This document shows, one piece after another, positions 9,878-18,626 of a stretch of DNA of 64,000 nucleotides. Made by a program: the position numbers and the translations under genes. How positions within the stretch are numbered: position 1 is the stretch's first letter; each line of letters begins with the position of its first letter. This DNA comes from Nitrosopumilus sp. (GTDB lineage Archaea; Thermoproteota; Nitrososphaeria; Nitrososphaerales; Nitrosopumilaceae). The DNA is taken from positions 96,001-160,000 of the forward strand of contig CBDBGZ010000008.1 in assembly GCA_965205425.1 (NCBI GenBank). The letters run 5' to 3'. The notes below the pieces were generated by a model. That model searched no databases and was not told where the DNA came from. It saw nothing but the letters and a program-made list of their open reading frames with translations.

Positions 9878-10216
9878 TTAGGTTATTTGATCAAGAATAG
9901 GTTTGAGAACTTTATCGAAGATGGTTGCTCCAACTAGGCCTAGTGCATTACCTACAACAAAGAGAACATAATTGGCAATAATTTCTCCAATACTGTTATT
10001 AGAAATTGCAATAAGCGTTGCAAGTAGAAAAATGATGATACCCATAATACTGAAAATTCTTGCAGATTCTTGTGTTATTGCAAAATAGCCACATAAGGCA
10101 ACAATGAACCCTAAAAATATTTCAAATCCAGGTTCAATCACAATATTATTGCATTTTTCACAGATAAAACAATTCTGCAGGTTTAATTTGTTCAAAATTG
10201 AAGAGACCTTCCTCAT
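9878..10216 (-). CDS. Hypothetical three-TM membrane protein
   Basis: Three hydrophobic segments. Confidence 0.65.
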   Translation of the reverse strand: MRKVSSILNKLNLQNCFICEKCNNIVIEPGFEIFLGFIVALCGYFAITQESARIFSIMGIIIFLLATLIAISNNSIGEIIANYVLFVVGNALGLVGATIFDKVLKPILDQIT

Positions 10217-10227
10217 TTGATGCTAAG

Positions 10228-10500
10228 GGTAGCGCAACATGACGCTACCTTCGATAACTTCTTTATCTTTTGATAAAAAAGTGGGAAAGTTGTTCAAATG
10301 ATCCAACCTTAAGTTCAAATGAACTGAAGGGTGTCTCAAACAAACAACCTTTGCCAATATCGGCAAAGGTATGTGGTAACTTCGTGGAAATATTTCCACC
10401 ATGTGACAACCCTATGGTAAATTTTCCACAGGGTAGACATTTTGTTCAAATGAACTAAAGGGTTTATCTTTAGATAAAACCTTAGAGGGGGGGAGGGGGG
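10228..10500. other. Palindrome-rich non-coding region, putative replication origin of element 1
   Basis: At least seven inverted repeats, three GTTCAAATGA copies and a G-tract, downstream of the replication ATPase. Confidence 0.5.
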
Positions 10501-10579
10501 TATTGTGTTGTAATTCGGGCGATGCGTCTAGTTTTTGGTTTGTTGTATCATCATGTTCTCTAAACATCATCATTTCCTC

Positions 10580-12336
10580 TCAATCTACCGATAGTATTGG
10601 GGGTATCGGGGATGGTGCGGACAAACCTGAACCCTCTATCCCCTGTCCCCCCGATAGCATCCGTTGTTTGTGAGACTTTATCACATCAATTTTGACAGAC
10701 CTTTTACTTGTTGTAGAATAATCTCTGTCCGTGATAGTAGCAACATAACCATAATTTTTCAAATAGGGATTTACTCTTTGGAATGTACCTCTGAGTTTGT
10801 TTGATGCTTTAGGAAACGTTGAGAATTTGCCCTTTGTATCAAAGTGATTGTTCTCCGCCCAAGATACTGCCTTAGTGTAGAATGTTGTAAGATCTTCAGT
10901 TAACGTTTCAACTCCCCTCATTCTGTCAAGAATATAGGCGACAATTCCATGATTTTCAGCAGCTTCGTTGGTGCTGTCTGCCATTGTTTCATTGTATGAT
11001 TTTAAAAACTCCTCTGGTTTGTTGCCATTACATCTAGAGATACACTCACCCCAAATGACAAAATCAGACATTCTTGGGAGTTTTCCCTGTAATTCATCCT
11101 TGACATTCTCATACATCTTCAATGAACGAGACAACAAATTGAAAATATCAGATAGTACAAAAGGACGAATCTTTTGGACTTTCTCGTCGTATTGTTTGTT
11201 TGACATCATGTCCTCAGGGGTTAGAGGAGTGAGTTTGTACTGGATGGTTCTTTGGATAAAGTCCCCTCTATCAACAGATAGACCAATTCCATTTAGTACA
11301 AATTTTCGGATATACGTTGCAACTACCATTTCCTCATCAGTGAACAATTTTCTTTTTTCATTTGATGAACCAGTGACAGCTCTGCAAACATCGTCAGATT
11401 CCTCTGGAGTTATGTGGATAAATTATCAAAAACATGTAGATATTTTTGAGAGAACGATACAATTCTATCAACTGCATTCTTTGGCAGCTTTGAAACATTG
11501 TCAACTATTACGTCACTTTGAGGGTCAATGATCAGTTTGATTGTCCCTGATAGTGTTGTTTTACCCTGTCCCATTTCATCAACAAAGGACATTGATGGAA
11601 TAGGTGCAGCTTCTAACATTAGACATACTAAATGTACTTTGAAAAGTTCTTGCTGTTCAGGAATTATTCTAATTAATTTCATCAGTTCTTGAATTCCTTG
11701 ACCAGTTATCATTAGCTCTGGCATAACTTGTGGAGCTGTTCTGGCAGAATTTACAAAGACAGGATCATCAAGTGAAAGGTGGATCATCTCAACTTTTCCC
11801 TTTGTCATCTTGATTGCCTTTTTGTCAGGTGTTGCCAAGTCATAGTAAATCGAGTCTTCAAGATGTGCGATTCTAACATGAGTCTGGACTCGTTGAGTAC
11901 TTTCATTAAAATCAGCTAGAGAGGCAGCAGTATCACATGCAGATTTGTAGACATCATCAGAGAATAGAACTTTTTCAGCCTTGTAGAATCGGATCTTGAT
12001 AAATTCTTGGTATCTTTTTGAGTGCATTTCAAAATTAATTACATAATTTTTCTCAGGAATACAGGCAATGACTTGGGTGCCATCGTTTTGAGAAATTACA
12101 ATTTTCTTGTTTAGATGCTGCATAAATTTGAGCAGTTGAATCTTTGGGGCCACTGTCTTAACCTCATCATTCTTAGAATCATTACCAATTGTGACTGAAT
12201 CTCCATAATCTAATTGGGGTTCAGAGCAATCACAATCCAAGTTATACTTTTGACATATTCTGCACCTAGGTTCCATCAGCAATGTCCTCCTCTGAATAAA
12301 TTTCCTGACAATATCGGCAACACTTACACTTGGCAC
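10580..12336 (-). pseudogene. Frameshifted P-loop ATPase / replicative helicase-like gene of a mobile element
   Basis: Walker A-like EMGQGKTT, FDNLS; after a 1-nt shift near 11414 continues ITPEESDDVCRAVTG...RKLFTDEE, LNGI, LPRMSDF. Confidence 0.75.
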
Positions 12337-12527
12337 CTAATCGATTAGACCCAACATGTCCCAATGGTGAGAAATGATTTCGTTCAACTGACGTCACATA
12401 TTTGCCCATTAGAAAAATCCCCCTAGACAATTTACTTTAGGGAAATCTATCCTAAACAAAACACACCTCTCTGATTTCAGTCAGGCAGGTAACATCATAG
12501 GTTGTTCTGGGGAGAGCAACTGACATT

Positions 12528-12680
12528 TTAATTCAAAATTTCCTTTGCTAATACAAAATCTTGAAACACATGATGTTCTTTACAGTTTGAACAGAGATGA
12601 TATGTGGATGTCTTATCATTTCCAACATCAAAAGTGATTCTAACTGCATGAGGAGGATGACTACACTCTTTGAATATCAT
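12528..12680 (-). CDS. Cys/His-rich microprotein (50 aa)
   Basis: MIFKECSH...LCSNC; ATGA overlap with the upstream ORF. Confidence 0.55.
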   Translation of the reverse strand: MIFKECSHPPHAVRITFDVGNDKTSTYHLCSNCKEHHVFQDFVLAKEILN

Positions 12681-12823
12681 GAGTCATTCTCCAACTCTAC
12701 AATTCTTTTTTGCATTACATCTAATGCTTGATTGATTATTTTGTCACCACCTCGAATAATGTGTTGTCCTGTGATTCTCTCAATTCGTCGAATTGTTTCA
12801 ATCTTAACTTTTAGTTGAGTCAC
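12677..12823 (-). CDS. Ribbon-helix-helix-like microprotein (48 aa)
   Basis: GTG start, TQLKVKIETIRRIE...DKIINQALD; translationally coupled to the next ORF. Confidence 0.55.
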   Translation of the reverse strand: MTQLKVKIETIRRIERITGQHIIRGGDKIINQALDVMQKRIVELENDS

Positions 12824-12876
12824 AAAGTAACTAACTAATCTAAATTAAAGGTATATCCATCAAGATTTCTTAAAGA

Positions 12877-14061
12877 TTATTTTTTTCTAATTAATGATTC
12901 AATTTCTTTTGAAGACATGTGGTTTATCACATCTAACACAGCATCTCTGGTTAATTCTTTGTTGTATTTTTTAATTGCCAAAATTTCTTTATCTTTCTTT
13001 TCTAGATTGTGTTTTGTTTTATCAATCTCATCAATTGCCAAATCTATCATCGCTCTTTGAAAATAAGAAATTCTTTCTTCTTTTGTCTTAACAATGTACA
13101 TTGCCAATGATTTTCTATGTCTAATGTAACCATGTGCTAATGCTTCACCATTTTCTCGAGAGTATTCAGTGGAGCATCTCTTTCTCCAAGAGTGCATGTT
13201 GAATTTGTGACGTCCTGAATTTTCATAGACATCAGTCATGCCTAAAGCATTGTACGTCTTTCTAATCCTTTGAAGATGATTATGTTTGAATTGAATTGGT
13301 TTTTGTGAATCATATAGCTTGAAAACAAAATGATCAGGCATTCCATGACACAATAGTTTTAGTCGTTTTGCAGTTTCAGGTCGTACATAGCGGGTGCCTC
13401 CTGCATTTTTTCCCTTTGAGTTTTCTTTTGGAAGAAATATCTCAACAGGGTTCTTTTCAAAATTGATGTGCTTTTCTTGTACAAGACATGTCTCAGTCAT
13501 TCTAAATCCAGTATCATTTAGAAAATGATACAGTGTAATTGATTGTTGATCAGTAGTTATCTCAATTATAGCCCTAGCTTGTTCTGCAGTTAGTGGTTCT
13601 GATTCTTCATTTTCATAGTTTCCAGTGTCTGCTTTAGGTTTTGTAATGGCCATCTTGATATCATCATCATGAATCCTAATTCCCCCAACCAAAGAAAGAT
13701 ACTTTCTAGCTGTGGAAAAATAATGCGATATACTGTTCTTGTTCTTTTTTCGCAGGTAATATTTTGCAGAATTATATCTAGCCCTAGTAAGTAGTATGTT
13801 TGGATGGTCTTGCTGCAACCAGGCGACATAATCATCAAGAAATCTTAAAACTTTGGATGGAGAACGTGTGTTTTCCATATCAGTTCTTAAATCATCTAAA
13901 ATTGTCTCAGTGTCTCTACCATACTTGTCCTTACAATACAAATCCAAATTAGTTAGATGTGTCTGGGCTGATTCTTTAGAACTTTGAGATTGACTGGCAT
14001 TGTAGACTTTTTCTAAAAATTGGCCTCTATCTATACGGTCACTGATGTAATCTAATGTCAT
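12877..14061 (-). CDS. Tyrosine recombinase / integrase of element 1
   Basis: TGFRMTE (R), SKG (K), HSWR (HxxR), IRH (H), AMY (Y). Confidence 0.9.
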   Translation of the reverse strand: MTLDYISDRIDRGQFLEKVYNASQSQSSKESAQTHLTNLDLYCKDKYGRDTETILDDLRTDMENTRSPSKVLRFLDDYVAWLQQDHPNILLTRARYNSAKYYLRKKNKNSISHYFSTARKYLSLVGGIRIHDDDIKMAITKPKADTGNYENEESEPLTAEQARAIIEITTDQQSITLYHFLNDTGFRMTETCLVQEKHINFEKNPVEIFLPKENSKGKNAGGTRYVRPETAKRLKLLCHGMPDHFVFKLYDSQKPIQFKHNHLQRIRKTYNALGMTDVYENSGRHKFNMHSWRKRCSTEYSRENGEALAHGYIRHRKSLAMYIVKTKEERISYFQRAMIDLAIDEIDKTKHNLEKKDKEILAIKKYNKELTRDAVLDVINHMSSKEIESLIRKK

Positions 14062-14157
14062 ATTTTATTCCCCTCAAGTTTTATCAAAAAGAATTGTCGC
14101 GTAAAATATTGAAAAATACACCAAAATAGGGATGAACTGTATTTCGCAGTCTTCGCC

Positions 14158-14175
14158 TTCCAAGAGAAAAGGATA
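14158..14175 (+). repeat. attR core of element 1
   Basis: Identical to 6990-7007. Confidence 0.85.
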
Positions 14176-14200
14176 TTAGTAAAAAATACTGCAATTAATT

Positions 14201-14323
14201 ATGGAAAATCGTTCAATGCCAGTATGTTTTACTGAAAAACAATACAAAATGATCGAAGAATTTGCCAAGAGAAATGGTATGCTAAATGCAAGTCAGGCTC
14301 TTGAAAAAATCTTAAACGAATAA
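14201..14323 (+). CDS. CopG/RHH-type regulator (40 aa, not in ORF track)
   Basis: MENRSMPVCFTEKQYKMIEEFAKRNGMLNASQALEKILNE. Confidence 0.75.
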   Translation: MENRSMPVCFTEKQYKMIEEFAKRNGMLNASQALEKILNE

Positions 14324-14389
14324 GCATTTTTTGTTATTTTTATTTTGTTTACATTTATAGAATATATCATATCATGAAGATCAAAGAAA

Positions 14390-14800
14390 ATGGGATTATT
14401 TAGTAAAAAACCATCATTTTGTAGTGTTTGTAACAAAGAATTAACGCACAAACACAAACCAAAAAGAGAGTGGAATATCAAAGGTCCACTTTGTGGGGAT
14501 TGTCATTTTGATAAATCAAAAGAATACTATGAAGGAAAAGTGAGGCAACCATGTGTTGTTTGTGGAACTACACAAAAAATTACAGATTTGTGGGAACCAA
14601 GATGGCAATGGGATATGGAAGGATTATTGTGTAAAACCTGTTTTGACAAAAAAGAAGAAGACCACGGTAAAAAGAAAAACTTTTGTTCATTATGTGAGGG
14701 TAAAATGGGATTGATCAGATACAATGCAAAGGGACATTGGAAAATTGAAGGTCAATTATGTAGAAAGTGTTGGGATGAAAAGAAAGCAGAGTTTGGATAG
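14390..14800 (+). CDS. Cys-rich protein with three Zn-binding repeats
   Basis: Three CxxC...W...LCxxC repeats. Confidence 0.85.
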   Translation: MGLFSKKPSFCSVCNKELTHKHKPKREWNIKGPLCGDCHFDKSKEYYEGKVRQPCVVCGTTQKITDLWEPRWQWDMEGLLCKTCFDKKEEDHGKKKNFCSLCEGKMGLIRYNAKGHWKIEGQLCRKCWDEKKAEFG

Positions 14801-14802
14801 AA

Positions 14803-15000
14803 GTGGGATTCTTTAAAAAAATAAAATGCGAACACTGTGATAAGAAATTTTCTAAAGAAGAAGAACTAATGAATCATAAACAAATTGTACATGGGAAAGA
14901 TTTACAATACGATTGTAAAGAATGTGAAAAATATTTTTCAAACATGGAAGACATGAGAACTCATTTACAAAGAGAACACAGTTACAAAAAAGATAGATAA
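14803..15000 (+). CDS. Two-finger C2H2 zinc-finger protein
   Basis: Two CxxC-x12-HxxxxH motifs. Confidence 0.88.
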   Translation: MGFFKKIKCEHCDKKFSKEEELMNHKQIVHGKDLQYDCKECEKYFSNMEDMRTHLQREHSYKKDR

Positions 15001-15195
15001 CTAAATTGCTTTTACTGTTTTAACTACAGGAGGTCTTGCTTTAGTAAATACTCTAAATCCACAAATACATTTGATTTCAGGCAATCTAGATAATTCAGTA
15101 TTTGAAACAGTAGTTCCACATCTCAAACAAGAATAGTTTACTTCAAAAGTCTCAACAGGAGTTTCTTCTACTTTATCAATTTCTTCTTCAACCAT
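15001..15195 (-). CDS. rpo12: RNA polymerase subunit P (Rpo12)
   Basis: YSCLRCG...KCICGFRVFTKARP. Confidence 0.9.
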   Translation of the reverse strand: MVEEEIDKVEETPVETFEVNYSCLRCGTTVSNTELSRLPEIKCICGFRVFTKARPPVVKTVKAI

Positions 15196-15233
15196 GTTTA
15201 TCATCAAAATTTCTATAATTTAAGGCTACCAGA

Positions 15234-15542
15234 TTATGTCAAGGACAATTCAATATAAACATCATCAGGGATTTTTAGTCTCATTAGTTGTCTAATTGCT
15301 TTGTCATCTGCGTTGATATTGATAATTCTTCTATGCATTTTCATTTCCCATTTTTCATAAGTTTCAGTACCACTGCCACAAGGTGATTTTCTAGTAGCAA
15401 CATGTAATCGTTTTACAGGAAGTGGAGTTGGACCTTTAACTTTGACACCAGTTTTTTTACCGATACCCATGATTTCCCCACAAACACCATCCAATTTTAA
15501 AAGACTGGTAGAAGTGAGTTTAACACGAGCGGTTTGTGTCAT
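15234..15542 (-). CDS. rps10: 30S ribosomal protein S10
   Basis: GPTPLP, RKSPCGSG, MHRRII. Confidence 0.98.
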   Translation of the reverse strand: MTQTARVKLTSTSLLKLDGVCGEIMGIGKKTGVKVKGPTPLPVKRLHVATRKSPCGSGTETYEKWEMKMHRRIININADDKAIRQLMRLKIPDDVYIELSLT

Positions 15543-15551
15543 AAAATCCGC

Positions 15552-16850
15552 CTATGGTTTGTACTCTTCAGTAATTTCCTTTACAATACCTGCTGCGATA
15601 GTTGCACCCATATCTCTAAGGGCAAATCTACCCATTTCAGGGAACTCTTGGAAAGTTTCTATACATGTTGGTCTAACCGGTCTAATTTTGACAATTGCAG
15701 AATCTCCAACTTTAAGGAATTTTGGATTTTCTTCTTCAACTGCACCAGTTGCTGGGTTAATCTTTTGGAGGAACTCAGTAACAGTTGCCGCAACTTGTGT
15801 AGTGTGTGCGTGCATTACTGGTGTGTAACCAGGGGCAATTGCTGTAGGATGGTGAATAACAATAATTTGGGCTTTGAATTCTTTTGCAACATTTGGTGGT
15901 GCATCAGGAGTACCAAGAACATCTCCTCTCTTGATATCTTTCTTTTCAACACCTCTAAGGTTGAAACCAATGTTGTCACCTGCTTCTGCAGATGGCATTT
16001 CAGTGTGGTGAGTTTCAATAGATTTGATTTCACCAGGAGCACCTGAAGGCATTACAACAATTTTATCGCCTGCTTTCATAATTCCTGTTTCAACTCTACC
16101 TACTGGTACAGTTCCTACACCTGTAATAGTGTAAACGTCTTGAATTGGAACACGTAGTGGTTTACCTACTGGTTTCTCAGTTATGGTAAAGTCATCAAAT
16201 GCTTCTAACAAAGTCTTACCTTTGTACCAAGCCATGTTCTCAGATTTCTTGACTAAGTTATCTCCTTTCCATCCAGAAACTGGAATGATAGGTACTTGGT
16301 CTAATTTGTAACCAACAGATTTTGCTAAGCCTTCACCTTTTGCTTTGGCTGCGTTGAATGCATCTTCTTTGTATTCGACTGCATCCATTTTGTTGATTGC
16401 AATGATTAGTTGGCTTACACCGAGTGTTTTGAGCAAGAATGCGTGTTCTCTTGCTTGTCCACCTGCAGCAATTGCAGTATCGGTTTCACCTTCTTTTGCT
16501 GAAAGTACTAGAATGGCGGCATCTGCTTCAGAAGCACCAGTAATCATGTTTTTAATAAAGTCCCTGTGACCAGGAGCGTCAATCAAAGTAAAGAAGTACT
16601 TTGGTGACTCAAACTTTTGGAAAGCTAGATCGATTGTAATACCTCTCTCCCTTTCATCTTTAATGTTATCCATAACCCAAGCGTACTTGAAAGTATCACC
16701 TTTTCCGGTCTTTTCGGATTCTGCTCCGTGAGCTGCAATTGTTCTTTCATCTACAACTCCAAGATCCATCAAAAAATGACCCATAGTAGTTGATTTTCCA
16801 TTATCAATATGTCCTGTAACAATCAGGTTCAAGTGTGGTTTATCTGCCAT
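15552..16850 (-). CDS. tuf: Elongation factor 1-alpha
   Basis: GHIDNGKST, ERERGITI, DAPGH, NKMD. Confidence 0.99.
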   Translation of the reverse strand: MADKPHLNLIVTGHIDNGKSTTMGHFLMDLGVVDERTIAAHGAESEKTGKGDTFKYAWVMDNIKDERERGITIDLAFQKFESPKYFFTLIDAPGHRDFIKNMITGASEADAAILVLSAKEGETDTAIAAGGQAREHAFLLKTLGVSQLIIAINKMDAVEYKEDAFNAAKAKGEGLAKSVGYKLDQVPIIPVSGWKGDNLVKKSENMAWYKGKTLLEAFDDFTITEKPVGKPLRVPIQDVYTITGVGTVPVGRVETGIMKAGDKIVVMPSGAPGEIKSIETHHTEMPSAEAGDNIGFNLRGVEKKDIKRGDVLGTPDAPPNVAKEFKAQIIVIHHPTAIAPGYTPVMHAHTTQVAATVTEFLQKINPATGAVEEENPKFLKVGDSAIVKIRPVRPTCIETFQEFPEMGRFALRDMGATIAAGIVKEITEEYKP

Positions 16851-16980
16851 ATGAAATGCGTCGCTAAGGGCATTTATTAGCGTTATGAATTTTTGAAGAA
16901 AAATTAAAAAAAATTCAATTAATTACAGATCATAAGACTTTGCCAAAAGCACATAAATCAAAGAGATAGAAATCAAAAAT

Positions 16981-18114
16981 ATGAAAATTACAGTTTCAGT
17001 TATCAAAGCAGACGTCGGAGGGATCGGCGGACATACAAAACCCAGTGACGGCCTAATCAAAGCAATTAGAGATACCGTTGAAAATTCAGGGGATTTACTT
17101 ATTGATCATTACATTGGATATTGTGGCGACGATACTCACATCGTAATGACTCACACACATGGTGTAGATAATGAAAAAATTCACAAATTAGCATGGGATG
17201 CATTCATGGCAGGTACTCAAGTAGCAAAGAACGAGGGATTGTATGGAGCAGGTCAAGATTTGTTAAAAGATTCATTTTCAGGAAATGTAAAAGGAATGGG
17301 TCCAGGTGTTGCAGAGTTAGAATTTGAAGAGAGACCAAATGAAGCATTTACTGTGTATGCAGCAGATAAAACAGAACCAGGTGCATTCAACTATCCAATT
17401 TACAGAATGTTTGTAGATACGTTAAGTAACACAGCATTAATTGTAAACAAAAGTCTGGCAGCAGGGGTTGTAATGAATATCATGGATGTGGAGAAAGCAC
17501 AAATTGCATCATTGCATTTATGGGAAGACAAACCAACCATTGAAGCTGCATTAATGTATCCAGGAAGATATGTTGTAGATTCAGTCTATACAAAAGATGG
17601 AGAACCAATACTAGATGCATCAACGGATAGATTGCACAACATTGCAGGAACATATGTTGGAAAAGATGATCCAATCATGTTAGTAAGAACTCAAAAGAAT
17701 TTTCCAGCAACAGAAGAAGTTGGAAGTGTCTTTAACAACCCACATTATGTTGCAGGGAATACAAGAGGTAGTCATAACATGCCATTAATGCCAGTAAAAT
17801 TAAACTCGGCAGCATCAATCAACTTTTGCATTCCAATTGTAGAATCATTAGTATTCAGCATGCACAACGGTAAACTAGTAGGTCCATTTGATGGATTCTC
17901 AACACCCGATTGGGACTACATTAGAGAAAATGCTACAAAGAAAGCAATAGCAATTAGAAGTCAAGGATTTATTCATCCAGCAACTCTTGTTCCATCAGAA
18001 TTAGAATATGCCGAAGGATACAGAGCAAGAATGGATGTGCTTGAAACTAAAATGAAACCAATGGAAGAAACATCCAGTGGTGAAAAGAAAGGAAATTACG
18101 AAGATCCAGATTAG
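16981..18114 (+). CDS. fbp: Fructose-1,6-bisphosphate aldolase/phosphatase
   Basis: KADVGG, LYGAGQDLL, DKTEPGAFN, YVGKDDP. Confidence 0.97.
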   Translation: MKITVSVIKADVGGIGGHTKPSDGLIKAIRDTVENSGDLLIDHYIGYCGDDTHIVMTHTHGVDNEKIHKLAWDAFMAGTQVAKNEGLYGAGQDLLKDSFSGNVKGMGPGVAELEFEERPNEAFTVYAADKTEPGAFNYPIYRMFVDTLSNTALIVNKSLAAGVVMNIMDVEKAQIASLHLWEDKPTIEAALMYPGRYVVDSVYTKDGEPILDASTDRLHNIAGTYVGKDDPIMLVRTQKNFPATEEVGSVFNNPHYVAGNTRGSHNMPLMPVKLNSAASINFCIPIVESLVFSMHNGKLVGPFDGFSTPDWDYIRENATKKAIAIRSQGFIHPATLVPSELEYAEGYRARMDVLETKMKPMEETSSGEKKGNYEDPD

Positions 18115-18179
18115 AGATTTTAGATCTTGTGAATCATAGGAAATAGTTAAATCAAAAAACTACGTACTAGTATTAGATC

Positions 18180-18590
18180 ATGAATGCTTTTCAAAAGGTG
18201 TTTGATTGGAAAACGTATATTTTCACAGCATTAGCAGTCATATCTTTTTCAAGTTTTGTGGCAGTGCTATTTGGACAAACGATTCCAGGAGTAATTTTAG
18301 CATTTTTTAAGATTGCAGGAGAATATGTTATTTTAGGAGCAGTCTTCATCTTTGCATTTGCATGGCTTCTAAAAGCAAGACCCCATAACCGTCCAAAAGA
18401 ATATTCAATTGTGCCATTTGACGTATACGGGAAAAAAAGTAAGATAGAGGGAATTAGGACAGAATTCAAAACACATGATGTTGCATGGAGTTTTATGAAA
18501 CAATACAAAAAAGCATACCCATTTTACAACTTTGCACTAGTTTCAGATCTTCCAAAGTCTGATAAACCAACAATCTTCAGATACATCTAA
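18180..18590 (+). CDS. Hypothetical membrane protein
   Basis: Two N-terminal TM helices; in line with flanking genes. Confidence 0.75.
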   Translation: MNAFQKVFDWKTYIFTALAVISFSSFVAVLFGQTIPGVILAFFKIAGEYVILGAVFIFAFAWLLKARPHNRPKEYSIVPFDVYGKKSKIEGIRTEFKTHDVAWSFMKQYKKAYPFYNFALVSDLPKSDKPTIFRYI

Positions 18591-18626
18591 TTCAGACTTT
18601 TATTCAGGATTACGTAGAGAAGTAAA

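Larger units (their letters stand above)
6990..14175. mobile_element. Integrated element 1 (plasmid-like, about 7.2 kb)
   Basis: Exact 18-bp direct repeat TTCCAAGAGAAAAGGATA at 6990-7007 and 14158-14175; integrase next to the right repeat. Confidence 0.85.

Noticed and set aside
10270..10458. 62-aa ORF in element 1
   Set aside because: Opposite strand to all neighbours, TTG start, and it overlies the palindrome array.
6990..14175. Provirus or casposon interpretation of the integrated elements
   Set aside because: No capsid, packaging, Cas1 or PolB gene was recognised in either element.
15442..16569. Antisense and alternate-frame ORFs over tuf/rps10 (likewise over lig, mqnC, VirB4 and transposases)
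   Set aside because: Shadows of well-supported genes with no motifs of their own.
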